This document shows, in pieces, positions 39,032 to 48,330 of a DNA stretch of 64,000 bases (positions are counted from its first letter, which is position 1; each line of letters starts with the position of its first letter). The translations under genes were made by a program, and so were the position numbers. The notes beneath the pieces were generated by a model. It saw nothing but the letters and a program-made list of their open reading frames with translations. It did no database searches and was not told the origin of the DNA. Source of the DNA: an uncultured Clostridia bacterium (GTDB lineage: Bacteria; Bacillota; Clostridia; Christensenellales; UBA1242); NCBI GenBank assembly GCA_934771475.1, contig CAKVMD010000003.1, positions 14,573 to 78,572 on the forward strand. The letters run 5' to 3'.

Positions 39032-41659
39032 ATGAAAAAATTTGTTTATCTTTTTAAAGAAGCAGATGGAAAAAACAAGGCTCTTTTTGGCGGAAAAGGT
39101 GCTAACCTCGCTGAAATGACAAACCTTGGAATGCCTGTTCCACAAGGTTTCACAATTACTACCGAAGCCTGCACGCAATATTATGCTGACGGAAGAAAAA
39201 TCAACGAAGAAATCCTCGCTCAAATTGAAGAAAAACTTGCTGAACTTGAAAAAATGACTGGCAAGAAATTCGGAGATGAGAAAAATCCTCTTCTTGTTTC
39301 TGTTCGTTCTGGTGCAAGAGTATCAATGCCAGGTATGATGGATACTATTCTTAACCTTGGTCTTAACGATACAGTTGTTGAGGGGCTTGCTCGCCTTACA
39401 AACAACCCTCGTTTTGCTTACGACTCTTACAGAAGATTTATTCAAATGTTCAGTGATGTTGTTATGCAACAAGAAAAATCAAAGTATGAAAGAATACTTG
39501 ATAAGGTTAAAGCAGAAAAAGGTGTTCAATATGATAAAGACCTCACTGCCGAAGACCTTAAAGAAATCGTAAAAATGTTTAAGGAACTTTACCTCAAAGC
39601 ACAAGGTGAAGAATTCCCACAAGAGCCAAGAGTTCAACTTATCGAAGCCGTAAAAGCCGTATTCCGTTCTTGGGATAACGACAGAGCCAATGTTTATAGA
39701 AGAATGCACGACATTCCTTATGAATGGGGAACTGCTGTCAATGTTCAATCAATGGTATTTGGTAACATGGGCGAAACTTCTGGTACTGGCGTTGCTTTCT
39801 CTCGTAACCCTGCTACTGGCGAAAACAAACTCTATGGTGAATATCTTATGAATGCACAAGGCGAAGATGTTGTTGCTGGAATAAGAACTCCACTTCCAAT
39901 CTCAACACTTGCCGACCAAAACCCAGAGGTTTACAAGCAATTTGCTGACATTGCAAAGACACTTGAAAAACACAATAAAGATATGCAAGATATGGAATTT
40001 ACTATTGAAAATGGTAAACTTTATATGCTTCAAACAAGAAATGGTAAGAGAACAGCAAAAGCCGCTCTCAAAGTTGCTGTTGACCTTGTTCATGAAGGAC
40101 TTATCACTGAGAAAGAAGCACTTATGATGCTTGACCCTAAACAACTTGACGCTCTTCTTCACCCTCAATTTGAAGATAAAGCGCTCAAAGAAGCAACTCC
40201 TATTGCCGAAGCACTTCCAGCATCTCCTGGCGCTGCTTGTGGTAAAATTTGCTTCACTGCTGAAAAAGCAAAAGAAATGGCTGCAAATAAAGAAAAGGTT
40301 GTTCTTGTCCGCCTTGAAACATCACCAGAAGATATTGAAGGTATGGCTGCAAGCCAAGGCGTTCTTACCTGCCGTGGTGGTATGACTTCTCACGCTGCCG
40401 TTGTTGCTCGTGGTATGGGAACTGCTTGCGTTGCTGGGTGCAGTGCAATCAAATTTGCTGACGATGAAAAATCATTTACACTCAATGGAAAAACTTATGT
40501 TGAAGGAGATGTAATCTCTTTTGACGGATCTACTGGTAAAGTTTATGACGGGGCTATCCCAACTGAACCTGCAAAGATTTCAGGTGAATTTGCCACAATC
40601 ATGGAATGGGCTGATAAATATGGCGCTCTTTTAGTTAGAACCAACGCCGACAATCCTAAGGATGCTAAAAATGCATTCAACTTTGGTGCGAAAGGGGTAG
40701 GACTTTGCAGAACAGAGCACATGTTCTTTGAAGCAGACAGAATCCCTGCTGTTAGAGAAATGATTGTTTCTTCAACTGTTGAAGAAAGAAAGAAGGCACT
40801 TGCTAAACTTCTTCCAATGCAAAGAAAAGACTTTATTGGAATTTACAAGGCTATGGAAGGGCTTCCTGTTACTATTCGTTTCCTTGACCCACCTCTTCAC
40901 GAATTCCTTCCTCATGAAGATGATGAAATCAGAGCACTCGCAAAAGAAATGGGACTTACTTTTGAAAGACTTAAAGCAACAGTTAACGACCTCCATGAAT
41001 TCAACCCAATGATGGGACACCGTGGACTTCGTCTTGCTGTAACTTATCCAGAAATTGCAGAAATGCAAACACAAGCGGTTATTGAAGCAGCCATTGCAGT
41101 TCATGAAGAATGTGGTTATGATATCGTTCCTGAAATTATGATTCCACTTACTTGCGATGTTAAAGAATTTAAATATGTTCGCGATATCGTTGCAAACAAA
41201 GCCGATGAAATCATTGCAGAAAAAGGTGTTAAACTCACTTATAAGATTGGTACAATGATTGAAATTCCTCGTGCCGCTCTTACTGCTGACGAAATTGCCA
41301 AGTATGCTGAATTCTTCTCATTTGGAACTAACGACCTTACTCAAATGACTTATGGATTTAGCCGTGATGACGCTGGCAAGTTCCTTGATGTTTATTACGC
41401 AAAGAAGATTTTTGAAAGCGACCCATTTGCTAGACTTGACCAAAATGGTGTAGGCAAACTTGTTAAAATGGCTGCCGACCTTGGAAGAAAAACTCGTCCA
41501 GACATCAAACTTGGAATTTGTGGCGAACATGGTGGAGACCCATCAAGTGTTGAATTCTGTCATAACGCTGGACTCACTTATGTTTCATGCTCTCCATTTA
41601 GAGTCCCAATCGCAAGACTCGCTGCTGCACAAGCAAATATTAAAAATCCAAGAAACTAA
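39032..41659 (+). CDS. ppdK: Pyruvate, phosphate dikinase
   Basis: GGKGANLAEM, phospho-histidine motif GGMTSHAAVVARGMG, C-terminal PEP-utilising TIM barrel, 875 aa. Confidence 0.97.
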   Translation: MKKFVYLFKEADGKNKALFGGKGANLAEMTNLGMPVPQGFTITTEACTQYYADGRKINEEILAQIEEKLAELEKMTGKKFGDEKNPLLVSVRSGARVSMPGMMDTILNLGLNDTVVEGLARLTNNPRFAYDSYRRFIQMFSDVVMQQEKSKYERILDKVKAEKGVQYDKDLTAEDLKEIVKMFKELYLKAQGEEFPQEPRVQLIEAVKAVFRSWDNDRANVYRRMHDIPYEWGTAVNVQSMVFGNMGETSGTGVAFSRNPATGENKLYGEYLMNAQGEDVVAGIRTPLPISTLADQNPEVYKQFADIAKTLEKHNKDMQDMEFTIENGKLYMLQTRNGKRTAKAALKVAVDLVHEGLITEKEALMMLDPKQLDALLHPQFEDKALKEATPIAEALPASPGAACGKICFTAEKAKEMAANKEKVVLVRLETSPEDIEGMAASQGVLTCRGGMTSHAAVVARGMGTACVAGCSAIKFADDEKSFTLNGKTYVEGDVISFDGSTGKVYDGAIPTEPAKISGEFATIMEWADKYGALLVRTNADNPKDAKNAFNFGAKGVGLCRTEHMFFEADRIPAVREMIVSSTVEERKKALAKLLPMQRKDFIGIYKAMEGLPVTIRFLDPPLHEFLPHEDDEIRALAKEMGLTFERLKATVNDLHEFNPMMGHRGLRLAVTYPEIAEMQTQAVIEAAIAVHEECGYDIVPEIMIPLTCDVKEFKYVRDIVANKADEIIAEKGVKLTYKIGTMIEIPRAALTADEIAKYAEFFSFGTNDLTQMTYGFSRDDAGKFLDVYYAKKIFESDPFARLDQNGVGKLVKMAADLGRKTRPDIKLGICGEHGGDPSSVEFCHNAGLTYVSCSPFRVPIARLAAAQANIKNPRN

Positions 41660-41754
41660 GTTTTAATATTCAAATAGATATTTGAGTATGCCTTTGTTGG
41701 GCGATAGTCAATAAATTTGATAATTGATTTTGTATTAATAAATGAGGTTAAGAT

Positions 41755-41985
41755 ATGGAAGAAAGAAAAACAAAAGAAAAAGTTATTTGTGATGCTGTTT
41801 GCGGACTTGTTATGCTGATGTGCGTCATGGCATACTTAATCATAGGAATTTTCACTAATCAATGGCACCCATACTGGATAATCCCAGCGTGTGGTGGAAT
41901 TGTGTGTGCTGTCGTATCTCTCGTATTTAATACGATTGCAAATGTTAAGGAAATTAACAAGCAAAACAAAAATAGTCAAGAATAG
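41755..41985 (+). CDS. Small two-TM membrane protein
   Basis: GAGGT RBS and two hydrophobic helices. Confidence 0.5.
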   Translation: MEERKTKEKVICDAVCGLVMLMCVMAYLIIGIFTNQWHPYWIIPACGGIVCAVVSLVFNTIANVKEINKQNKNSQE

Positions 41986-42143
41986 GTGCAAGGTTTGCGC
42001 TGACATAATTTAAAAGTACATTTAGATCAAAATTAGCCAACCTTTTGAAAATTTAATATATTTAAATATAAAAAAATATATTAAAAATAAAAATGCACTA
42101 AAATTCTATGTATTGTTTTTAAAGGCAAATAAATACAAAAACA

Positions 42144-42176
42144 AAAAAGTGTTACTTTAAATGTAACACTTTTTTG
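42144..42176. terminator. Hairpin terminator
   Basis: AAGTGTTAC-TTTAAAT-GTAACACTT flanked by an A-run and a T-run. Confidence 0.6.
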
Positions 42177-42260
42177 CAAAATAAATCTGCTAAATAGCAA
42201 GCAACTTTGCTTTTTACTGGCGTATTTTCACCTTTATTTATAGGCGTTATTTGGATTAAA

Positions 42261-42454
42261 TAATCATATAAAAATCTAAATAAATAAAATTAATTTTAAA
42301 TTAATATAAAAAACAATTAAAAATCATTAAAATATCAAAAAAATCAAAAATAAATAAAAATGAAATAAACAAAATTAAATTAATTAAAAATTAAATAAAA
42401 AATAAAATTTTGAAGTTATTATTTAAAATATAATAATAAATTGTTGAAAATTAT
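42261..42454. other. Ultra-AT tract (about 6% GC by hand count), A-rich on the + strand
   Basis: Hand count gives about 12 G/C in 194 nt, with reiterated AAAAAT/ATTAAAAAT words. Confidence 0.9.
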
Positions 42455-43225
42455 TTAAAAATAAAAACTATTTCCGTTTTCTTCAACTTTTTTAGGGGAT
42501 TTTACAAAAGGATAATACTTTGATTCTTCAAGTCGTTTATCATGATAAAATTTAACAACCGATAGCATTATTAGAGCATTATTTAATCCTTCGCTTGCGT
42601 TTTCTCCTTGATTTTGTTTAAACTTTTCTGTCAAAAGTCTTTTTACATCATTAAAAAATTTCTTGTCATTTTCAGATGCGTAAAAATCTGTATATGCAAT
42701 AATTTTTTCAAGTGCCTCGTTTGTTTCTTGCTTTGTCATCTGGGCTTCATAAATCATATCAGCAACAAGCATTGGCCCTTCGACATAGTAATGAGCGTTA
42801 TAATCTTCTTTAAGAGATTTGAAAACCTTTTTGAATACTGGTTTGACAACCTTTTCGTATTCTCCCTCTTTGTAAAGTTTTATAAATTTGCAGAAAATGT
42901 ATGAAAGCACTTTGAAAAATGTTGGAGCGCATTCTTTATCAATAAGATTTGCAACGTTTGCTCCAAGAGGGGAAATATCAATTTGTTTTTCTGTTGAAAT
43001 AAGATAAAAAATTTCATTTGCTGTAAATCTGGCGCAATCAATTATATATCTGTCGGTATGATATTGGGCTGGTTGATTGGCAATATTCGCTTCCGATACA
43101 AGAATTTGGTCGAAATAAATTTCATAGGCGGGCAGTCTTGTGTCTCCGTCATAGTGGTCAAGTTCAAAACGAACAATTCTTCTTGCCTTTTTTAAATACT
43201 TTTCTCTTATGTCTTGATTATTCAT
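42455..43225 (-). CDS. Hypothetical protein (256 aa), second gene of a coupled pair
   Basis: AGGAG RBS immediately after the upstream stop (TAA-AGGAGAACT-ATG). No motif recognised. Lys/Phe/Tyr/Asn-rich. Confidence 0.6.
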   Translation of the reverse strand: MNNQDIREKYLKKARRIVRFELDHYDGDTRLPAYEIYFDQILVSEANIANQPAQYHTDRYIIDCARFTANEIFYLISTEKQIDISPLGANVANLIDKECAPTFFKVLSYIFCKFIKLYKEGEYEKVVKPVFKKVFKSLKEDYNAHYYVEGPMLVADMIYEAQMTKQETNEALEKIIAYTDFYASENDKKFFNDVKRLLTEKFKQNQGENASEGLNNALIMLSVVKFYHDKRLEESKYYPFVKSPKKVEENGNSFYF

Positions 43226-43234
43226 AGTTCTCCT

Positions 43235-44017
43235 TTACTCCCATCTAGGCAACTCGGGTTCTATCTTGGGATTTGAAAGTTGCTTTCTGACAATAGTTTG
43301 TCTTATCTGATTAATGTTTTGCTTTGAACGATAATATTCTCTTTCCAAAAGTTCAAGTTTTTGTTTGTCTCCGCGCAAATATTGAAGCTCTCGTAGTTGC
43401 GCCATGATTTTGTTTTTAGCATCAAATAATTTTTCATTATCCTCTTTGTCAATAGGGATGATTTTAGGATGATGATTTTGCAGTGCTGATAAATGTCCTC
43501 TTGTAACGACCGCTTTCATGCCATCATTAAATATTTGTCCGTTCATATTGTTGATAATTGCTTGCTGATAGCCTTCGTCTGGTTGCAAATGAGACCGATA
43601 AAGCGAAGAGGCTAAAATTCTTCTTGCAAAAACTTCTGCGAAATGCTCATTTTGGTGTAAAAGATATGGGGCAAGCGAGCGTATGCATTTTATGTGAAAT
43701 TTTTGAAAGCGAGACAAGATTGAAAGAGGGATAAGTTCGGGTTCGGCATCATTTCGGCTAACGCGAAAGGCGATGATGTCGGCTATATCATTTTCTAGGT
43801 CTTGCTCGCTATATTTATCAAGGGAAAAACTTTGCCCTGTCCATTTTGTGTACTTTGCACCAAATGGGTGAAAATAGTCAAAAAAGACCTCAAAGAGTTT
43901 CTCGTCTACACCTTCAAAGCGTGTCAGTAACAAATGTGCTTTGAGATGAGGGAAATATAACTCTTCCGTATGACATAGCGAATTCATTTTTTGAGTGCAT
44001 CTTTCAATGTCGTTCAT
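43235..44017 (-). CDS. Hypothetical protein (260 aa) with a C-terminal coiled-coil; first gene of the pair
   Basis: Long ORF with a promoter abutting the ATG. No motif recognised. Confidence 0.6.
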   Translation of the reverse strand: MNDIERCTQKMNSLCHTEELYFPHLKAHLLLTRFEGVDEKLFEVFFDYFHPFGAKYTKWTGQSFSLDKYSEQDLENDIADIIAFRVSRNDAEPELIPLSILSRFQKFHIKCIRSLAPYLLHQNEHFAEVFARRILASSLYRSHLQPDEGYQQAIINNMNGQIFNDGMKAVVTRGHLSALQNHHPKIIPIDKEDNEKLFDAKNKIMAQLRELQYLRGDKQKLELLEREYYRSKQNINQIRQTIVRKQLSNPKIEPELPRWE

Positions 44018-44023
44018 AATTTA

Positions 44024-44052
44024 ATTTTAGCACAATTATTAACCCTCGTCAA
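44024..44052 (-). promoter_or_regulatory. TTGACG-17-TGcTAAAAT extended -10 promoter placed for a leaderless transcript
   Basis: The -10 ends 6 nt before the ATG at 44017, with no SD. Confidence 0.5.
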
Positions 44053-44240
44053 TATGGATAACAATTTACCATTAAATTTGGTTTAATAAAAACCGCTTTT
44101 TTAAAGAAAAATGAGTTGAAAATCTTTGCTAAACGCTAATTTTTGGCAAAAAACTGTGCAATTTAAACAAAATGGCTTTACAAAGCCCGTTTATTGTGAT
44201 AAAATATACAAGAATTAATCAAAGTGCGAGGTGATTTTTT

Positions 44241-44438
44241 ATGATGATTGAACCATCAATAGACAAACTTTTGGCTAAAACTAATGGAAACAAGTATGTT
44301 CTTTGCACAGTTGTTGCAAAAAGAGCAAAAGAAATCGAAAATGTTAGACGACTTGAACTTGCTGACCAAGACAAGAAGGCAATTTCTTTGGCTTGCGAAG
44401 AAGTGGTTGAAGGTAAAGTTAAGCCAAGCGCATTTTAA
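44241..44438 (+). CDS. rpoZ: DNA-directed RNA polymerase subunit omega
   Basis: PSIDKLL...NKYVLCTVVAKRAKEI matches the RpoZ N-terminal consensus. 65 aa. Confidence 0.85.
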   Translation: MMIEPSIDKLLAKTNGNKYVLCTVVAKRAKEIENVRRLELADQDKKAISLACEEVVEGKVKPSAF

Positions 44439-44516
44439 TGGGCGTTTGTTTTTTAAAGTTTTACGATAAAAGAGATTGTCCCTTTGAAGATAATCTCTTT
44501 TTCTTTTAGGAGGAAT

Positions 44517-46685
44517 ATGTTTGCAAAAGTCATAATCGACCAAGATGCGAAAGCGCTCGACAGAGTGTTTGAATATATTATCCCTGACCAAATGAAGGTT
44601 GAAAAAGGTATGCGTGTTATGGTGCCTTTTGGTGGACGAACCCTTCAAGGATTTGTTGTGGACAAAAGCGAAAAATGCGATTATGATGAAGCAAAATTGA
44701 AAAATATAACATCGCCTGTTGAAGATTTCTCCGCAATAAAACCTCAACTTTTAAGTCTTATGGACTTTATGGCGAAAAAGAATCATTTAAAGTTGGCGTC
44801 AATATTAAGGCTTTTTTTGCCAAGCGAAATGCGAGAAGGTAAAACTCGTGATCTTTTTGAGACCTATTATTTCTTAAAAGATGAAACCCCTCAAATTTCA
44901 GCAAGGGCGAAAAGTCAACTTTCTATTGTTGAAGAACTCAAAAATGGAGAGCAGAAATCTGCTGTTTTGGCAGAAAAATATGGTTATGCTCCACTAAAAG
45001 TGCTGTTTGAAAAGGGAATAATAGGGAAGAAAAAGGAGCAAATATTTCGTTCGCCATTTGTTTTAAGTGAAGAAAATAAGAAATTGCACTTAAATGAGTG
45101 CCAGAAAAATGCTATTGACACGATAACTGGAAATAAAACCTATCTTCTACATGGGGTTACAGGAAGCGGGAAAACCGAAGTATATATGAATTTGATTGAG
45201 CGCGCACTTGTGCAAGGCAAAAATGCGATTATGCTTGTCCCAGAAATTTCGCTTACTCCTCAGATAATGGCAAACTTTAAGGCTAGATTTGGTCAATCTG
45301 TGGCACTTCTTCACAGCGGGCTGTCTGCGGGTGAGAGATTTGATGAGTGGAAAAGACTTTTTTCGGGTGAGGCAAGGATTGCAATCGGGGCGAGAAGTGC
45401 TATCTTTGCTCCGCTTGAAAATTTGGGAATAATAATTGTCGATGAAGAGCATGAGCAAAGTTATGTAAGCGAAAGCAATCCAAGATATGACACGCATGAT
45501 ATCGCCCAGTTTAGGGCGAGAGAGAATGGTTGCCCATTGGTGCTTGGTAGTGCAACTCCATCAATCGAAACCTACGAAAAAGCAAAAACTGGGGAATACG
45601 AACTTATAGAAATGCCAGTTCGTGCAAATGGGAAAGAGATGCCACCTTTGCAAATTATTGATATGATGAACGAACTTCGCGCGGGCAATAGTGGTATCTT
45701 TTCAAATCAACTCCTTGCAGATTTGGCAAATGTTATCAACAAGAAAAAGCAAGCAATGATTTTTATAAATAGAAGAGGATATTCTTCTTTTATGCGTTGT
45801 AGAGACTGTGGATATATTGCAAAATGCAGTGATTGTGATGTGAGTTTAGTTTATCATCGTGAAGATAATAGGTTAAAATGTCATTATTGTGGCAAGCAAT
45901 TCAAAGTTCTTTCGCGATGTCCTAAATGCGGAAGTGAAAATATTAAGTATGGCGCGGTAGGTACTGAGCAAATTGTTAAGAAATTGCAAGAGGTTTTCCC
46001 AGATGTCAAAATTTTGCGAATGGACAACGACACAACCTCTACAAAAAATGCTCACCAAAAAATTCTTGGCGAGTTTAAAACCGCGCTTCCTGGAATTTTA
46101 GTTGGGACACAGATGATTGCAAAGGGACACGATTTTGAGAATGTTTTGCTTGTTGGCATTGTTGACGCTGACCAAAGTTTGTATCATGCAGATTACAGAA
46201 GCACCGAACGCACTTTTGCCTTAATTACCCAAGTAGCGGGGAGGGCGGGGCGAAGCAGTGAGCAAGGCAAAGTTGACCTTCAAACTTATAGCCCAAGGCA
46301 CTATGTTTACAAATTCGCTTCAAACTATGACTACAAAGGCTTTTTTAGAAAGGAAGAAAACATAAGACAAACGACACAGTTCCCTCCTTTCACTAGAATT
46401 CTTCGGGTGCTTTTTACAAGTCATGATGAAAATTTGGTTCGCGAAACGCTCAAAGTGTGCTATACTGAAATAGAAAGTTTGAAAAAGGATTATACAGAGG
46501 ATATAATCTATCTTGATGCAATGAAAGCGCCTATTAAGCGCATTCAGGACAAATATCGTTATCAAATTATGATGAGGCTTAAACTTTTAAAGGCGGACGA
46601 AATAGAAGAAAAAGTCTTTGAAATTGTTGATAAAAACGCAAAAAATGGAGCGTTTTTTGAAATTAATCCTCAAAATTTATCTTAA
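44517..46685 (+). CDS. priA: Primosomal protein N' (replication restart helicase)
   Basis: Walker A GVTGSGKTEVY, DEEH box, Cys4-Cys4 zinc region CRDCG..CSDC..CHYCG..CPKCG. AGGAGG RBS before the ATG at 44517. Confidence 0.95.
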   Translation: MFAKVIIDQDAKALDRVFEYIIPDQMKVEKGMRVMVPFGGRTLQGFVVDKSEKCDYDEAKLKNITSPVEDFSAIKPQLLSLMDFMAKKNHLKLASILRLFLPSEMREGKTRDLFETYYFLKDETPQISARAKSQLSIVEELKNGEQKSAVLAEKYGYAPLKVLFEKGIIGKKKEQIFRSPFVLSEENKKLHLNECQKNAIDTITGNKTYLLHGVTGSGKTEVYMNLIERALVQGKNAIMLVPEISLTPQIMANFKARFGQSVALLHSGLSAGERFDEWKRLFSGEARIAIGARSAIFAPLENLGIIIVDEEHEQSYVSESNPRYDTHDIAQFRARENGCPLVLGSATPSIETYEKAKTGEYELIEMPVRANGKEMPPLQIIDMMNELRAGNSGIFSNQLLADLANVINKKKQAMIFINRRGYSSFMRCRDCGYIAKCSDCDVSLVYHREDNRLKCHYCGKQFKVLSRCPKCGSENIKYGAVGTEQIVKKLQEVFPDVKILRMDNDTTSTKNAHQKILGEFKTALPGILVGTQMIAKGHDFENVLLVGIVDADQSLYHADYRSTERTFALITQVAGRAGRSSEQGKVDLQTYSPRHYVYKFASNYDYKGFFRKEENIRQTTQFPPFTRILRVLFTSHDENLVRETLKVCYTEIESLKKDYTEDIIYLDAMKAPIKRIQDKYRYQIMMRLKLLKADEIEEKVFEIVDKNAKNGAFFEINPQNLS

Positions 46686-46695
46686 AGGAGAAAAT

Positions 46696-47169
46696 ATGGC
46701 AATTAGAAAAGTTGTAAAAATTGGAGAACAATCATTGAGAAAAAAGTCAAAACCAGTTAAAGATTTTGATGAAGATTTATGGCAACTTCTTGATGATATG
46801 AAAGAAACCATGTATGAAAATGACGGGATGGGACTTGCGGCTCCACAGGTGGGAGTTTTGCGCAGGGCTGTAATTGTTGATGTCAACAATGCTTTTGTTG
46901 AACTTATCAACCCTGAAATTGTTTCTCAAAAGGGCGAAGATGTCGAGGAAGAAGGCTGTCTTTCGGTTGGGGCTTTTCGCGGAAGAGTAAAAAGACCTTA
47001 TGAGATAACAGTCCAAGCATTTGATAGATTTGGTTATCCTTTTACACTGCATGGAGAAAAGTGGCTGGCAAGATGCATTTGCCATGAGGTTGACCATTTG
47101 GACGGAATATTGTTTGTTGACAAAACTCTCGATAAGGACAAATATATTGCATCTGGCGGAAAATTATAA
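46696..47169 (+). CDS. def: Peptide deformylase
   Basis: GMGLAAPQVG, EGCLS and HEVDHLDG motifs. AAAGGAG RBS. Confidence 0.95.
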   Translation: MAIRKVVKIGEQSLRKKSKPVKDFDEDLWQLLDDMKETMYENDGMGLAAPQVGVLRRAVIVDVNNAFVELINPEIVSQKGEDVEEEGCLSVGAFRGRVKRPYEITVQAFDRFGYPFTLHGEKWLARCICHEVDHLDGILFVDKTLDKDKYIASGGKL

Positions 47170-47395
47170 TTATTATTTTTCTTTAAAAAAATAAATTTTT
47201 CATAAAAAATATATAAAAAAACAAATTAAAAATAGATTTAAAAATTTATTTTTAAATATTAAAGTGAATTTAAAAAAATGAAGAAAAAATAAAAAAATAT
47301 TAAAAAATACAAAAATTTTATAAAAAATCAATTAAAAATTAATAAAAAAAATAAAAAATAATTAATTATTAAAAAAATAAACATTATAAAAGGGA
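47170..47395. other. Ultra-AT tract (about 6% GC by hand count), A-rich on the + strand, between def and fmt
   Basis: Hand count gives about 14 G/C in ~230 nt. Confidence 0.9.
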
Positions 47396-47400
47396 AATAA

Positions 47401-48330
47401 ATGAAAGTTTTATTTTTGGGGAGTTCGAGATTTTCTTTAATTGTTTTAAAAAAAATGCTCGATGAGAATGTTAATATTGTGGGCGTGATTACACAACCCG
47501 ACAAGCCTTCTGGGCGTGGGTACAAGTTGACGCCAAGCGAAGTAAAGGTGTTTGCTCTTGAAAAGGGAATAAAGGTTTATGACTTTGACAAGGTTAGGAA
47601 CCACATTTCAGAAATTAAAGAAATTGATTACGATGTCGCAGTGGTGGCATCTTTTGGGCAAATCTTACCCGAAGACTTTTTAAATATTCACCTTACAATA
47701 AATGTTCATCCTTCACTTCTGCCAAAATATCGAGGGGCAACGCCAATTCAAAGTGCACTTTTAAATTGTGATAAAGAAACGGGCGTTACAATTATGAAGG
47801 TTGCAAAATCGGTTGATAGCGGGGATATCTTATTGCAAGAGAAAGTCGAAATTGGAGATGAATATTATCTTGCTCTCGAAGATAAACTTGCCCGCGTTGG
47901 TGGAGAGATGGCGTGCAAAGCGCTTAAACTTATTGAAAATAATGCTTGCAACTGGCAAGCGCAAGACCATGATAAGGCAACGATTGTTTCAAAACTGACC
48001 AGAGAAGATGGCGTGCTTGATTTTTCAAACTCATCAAGCCAAATTCTTGGCAAAGTAAGGGCTATGAGTGAAGAAATAGGCGCTTTCATCGTTTTAAGGG
48101 GAAATCTCCTTAAAGTTGGTGAGGCAAAAATTGCAGACCTTAACGAAGAGGAGCGCGCGAACTTTGAAAAAGGTGAAATTTTAAACAACAAAAAAAGATT
48201 TGTTATTGGCTGTGCTAATGGGGGAATTGAAATTTTGAAAGTTCAAGCCCCTTCTGGCAAAATGATAAGTGGACGAGATTACATTAATGGACACAATGAC
48301 ATTTTAGGCAAAAAGGTAGACAATGTTTAG
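47401..48330 (+). CDS. fmt: Methionyl-tRNA formyltransferase
   Basis: MKVLFLGS..., NVHPSLLPKYRGATPIQ, and a C-terminal Fmt domain. Confidence 0.95.
   Translation: MKVLFLGSSRFSLIVLKKMLDENVNIVGVITQPDKPSGRGYKLTPSEVKVFALEKGIKVYDFDKVRNHISEIKEIDYDVAVVASFGQILPEDFLNIHLTINVHPSLLPKYRGATPIQSALLNCDKETGVTIMKVAKSVDSGDILLQEKVEIGDEYYLALEDKLARVGGEMACKALKLIENNACNWQAQDHDKATIVSKLTREDGVLDFSNSSSQILGKVRAMSEEIGAFIVLRGNLLKVGEAKIADLNEEERANFEKGEILNNKKRFVIGCANGGIEILKVQAPSGKMISGRDYINGHNDILGKKVDNV

Noticed and set aside
42261-47395. The two ultra-AT tracts as replication-origin unwinding elements
   Set aside because: There are no flanking DnaA-box clusters or replication genes, and the two tracts are 5 kb apart within ordinary operons. 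They are reported only as compositional anomalies.
47328-47525. 65-aa minus-strand ORF starting inside fmt and running into the AT tract
   Set aside because: It is antisense to the well-supported fmt start. Its sequence is poly-Phe/Ile/Asn from translating A/T low-complexity DNA.
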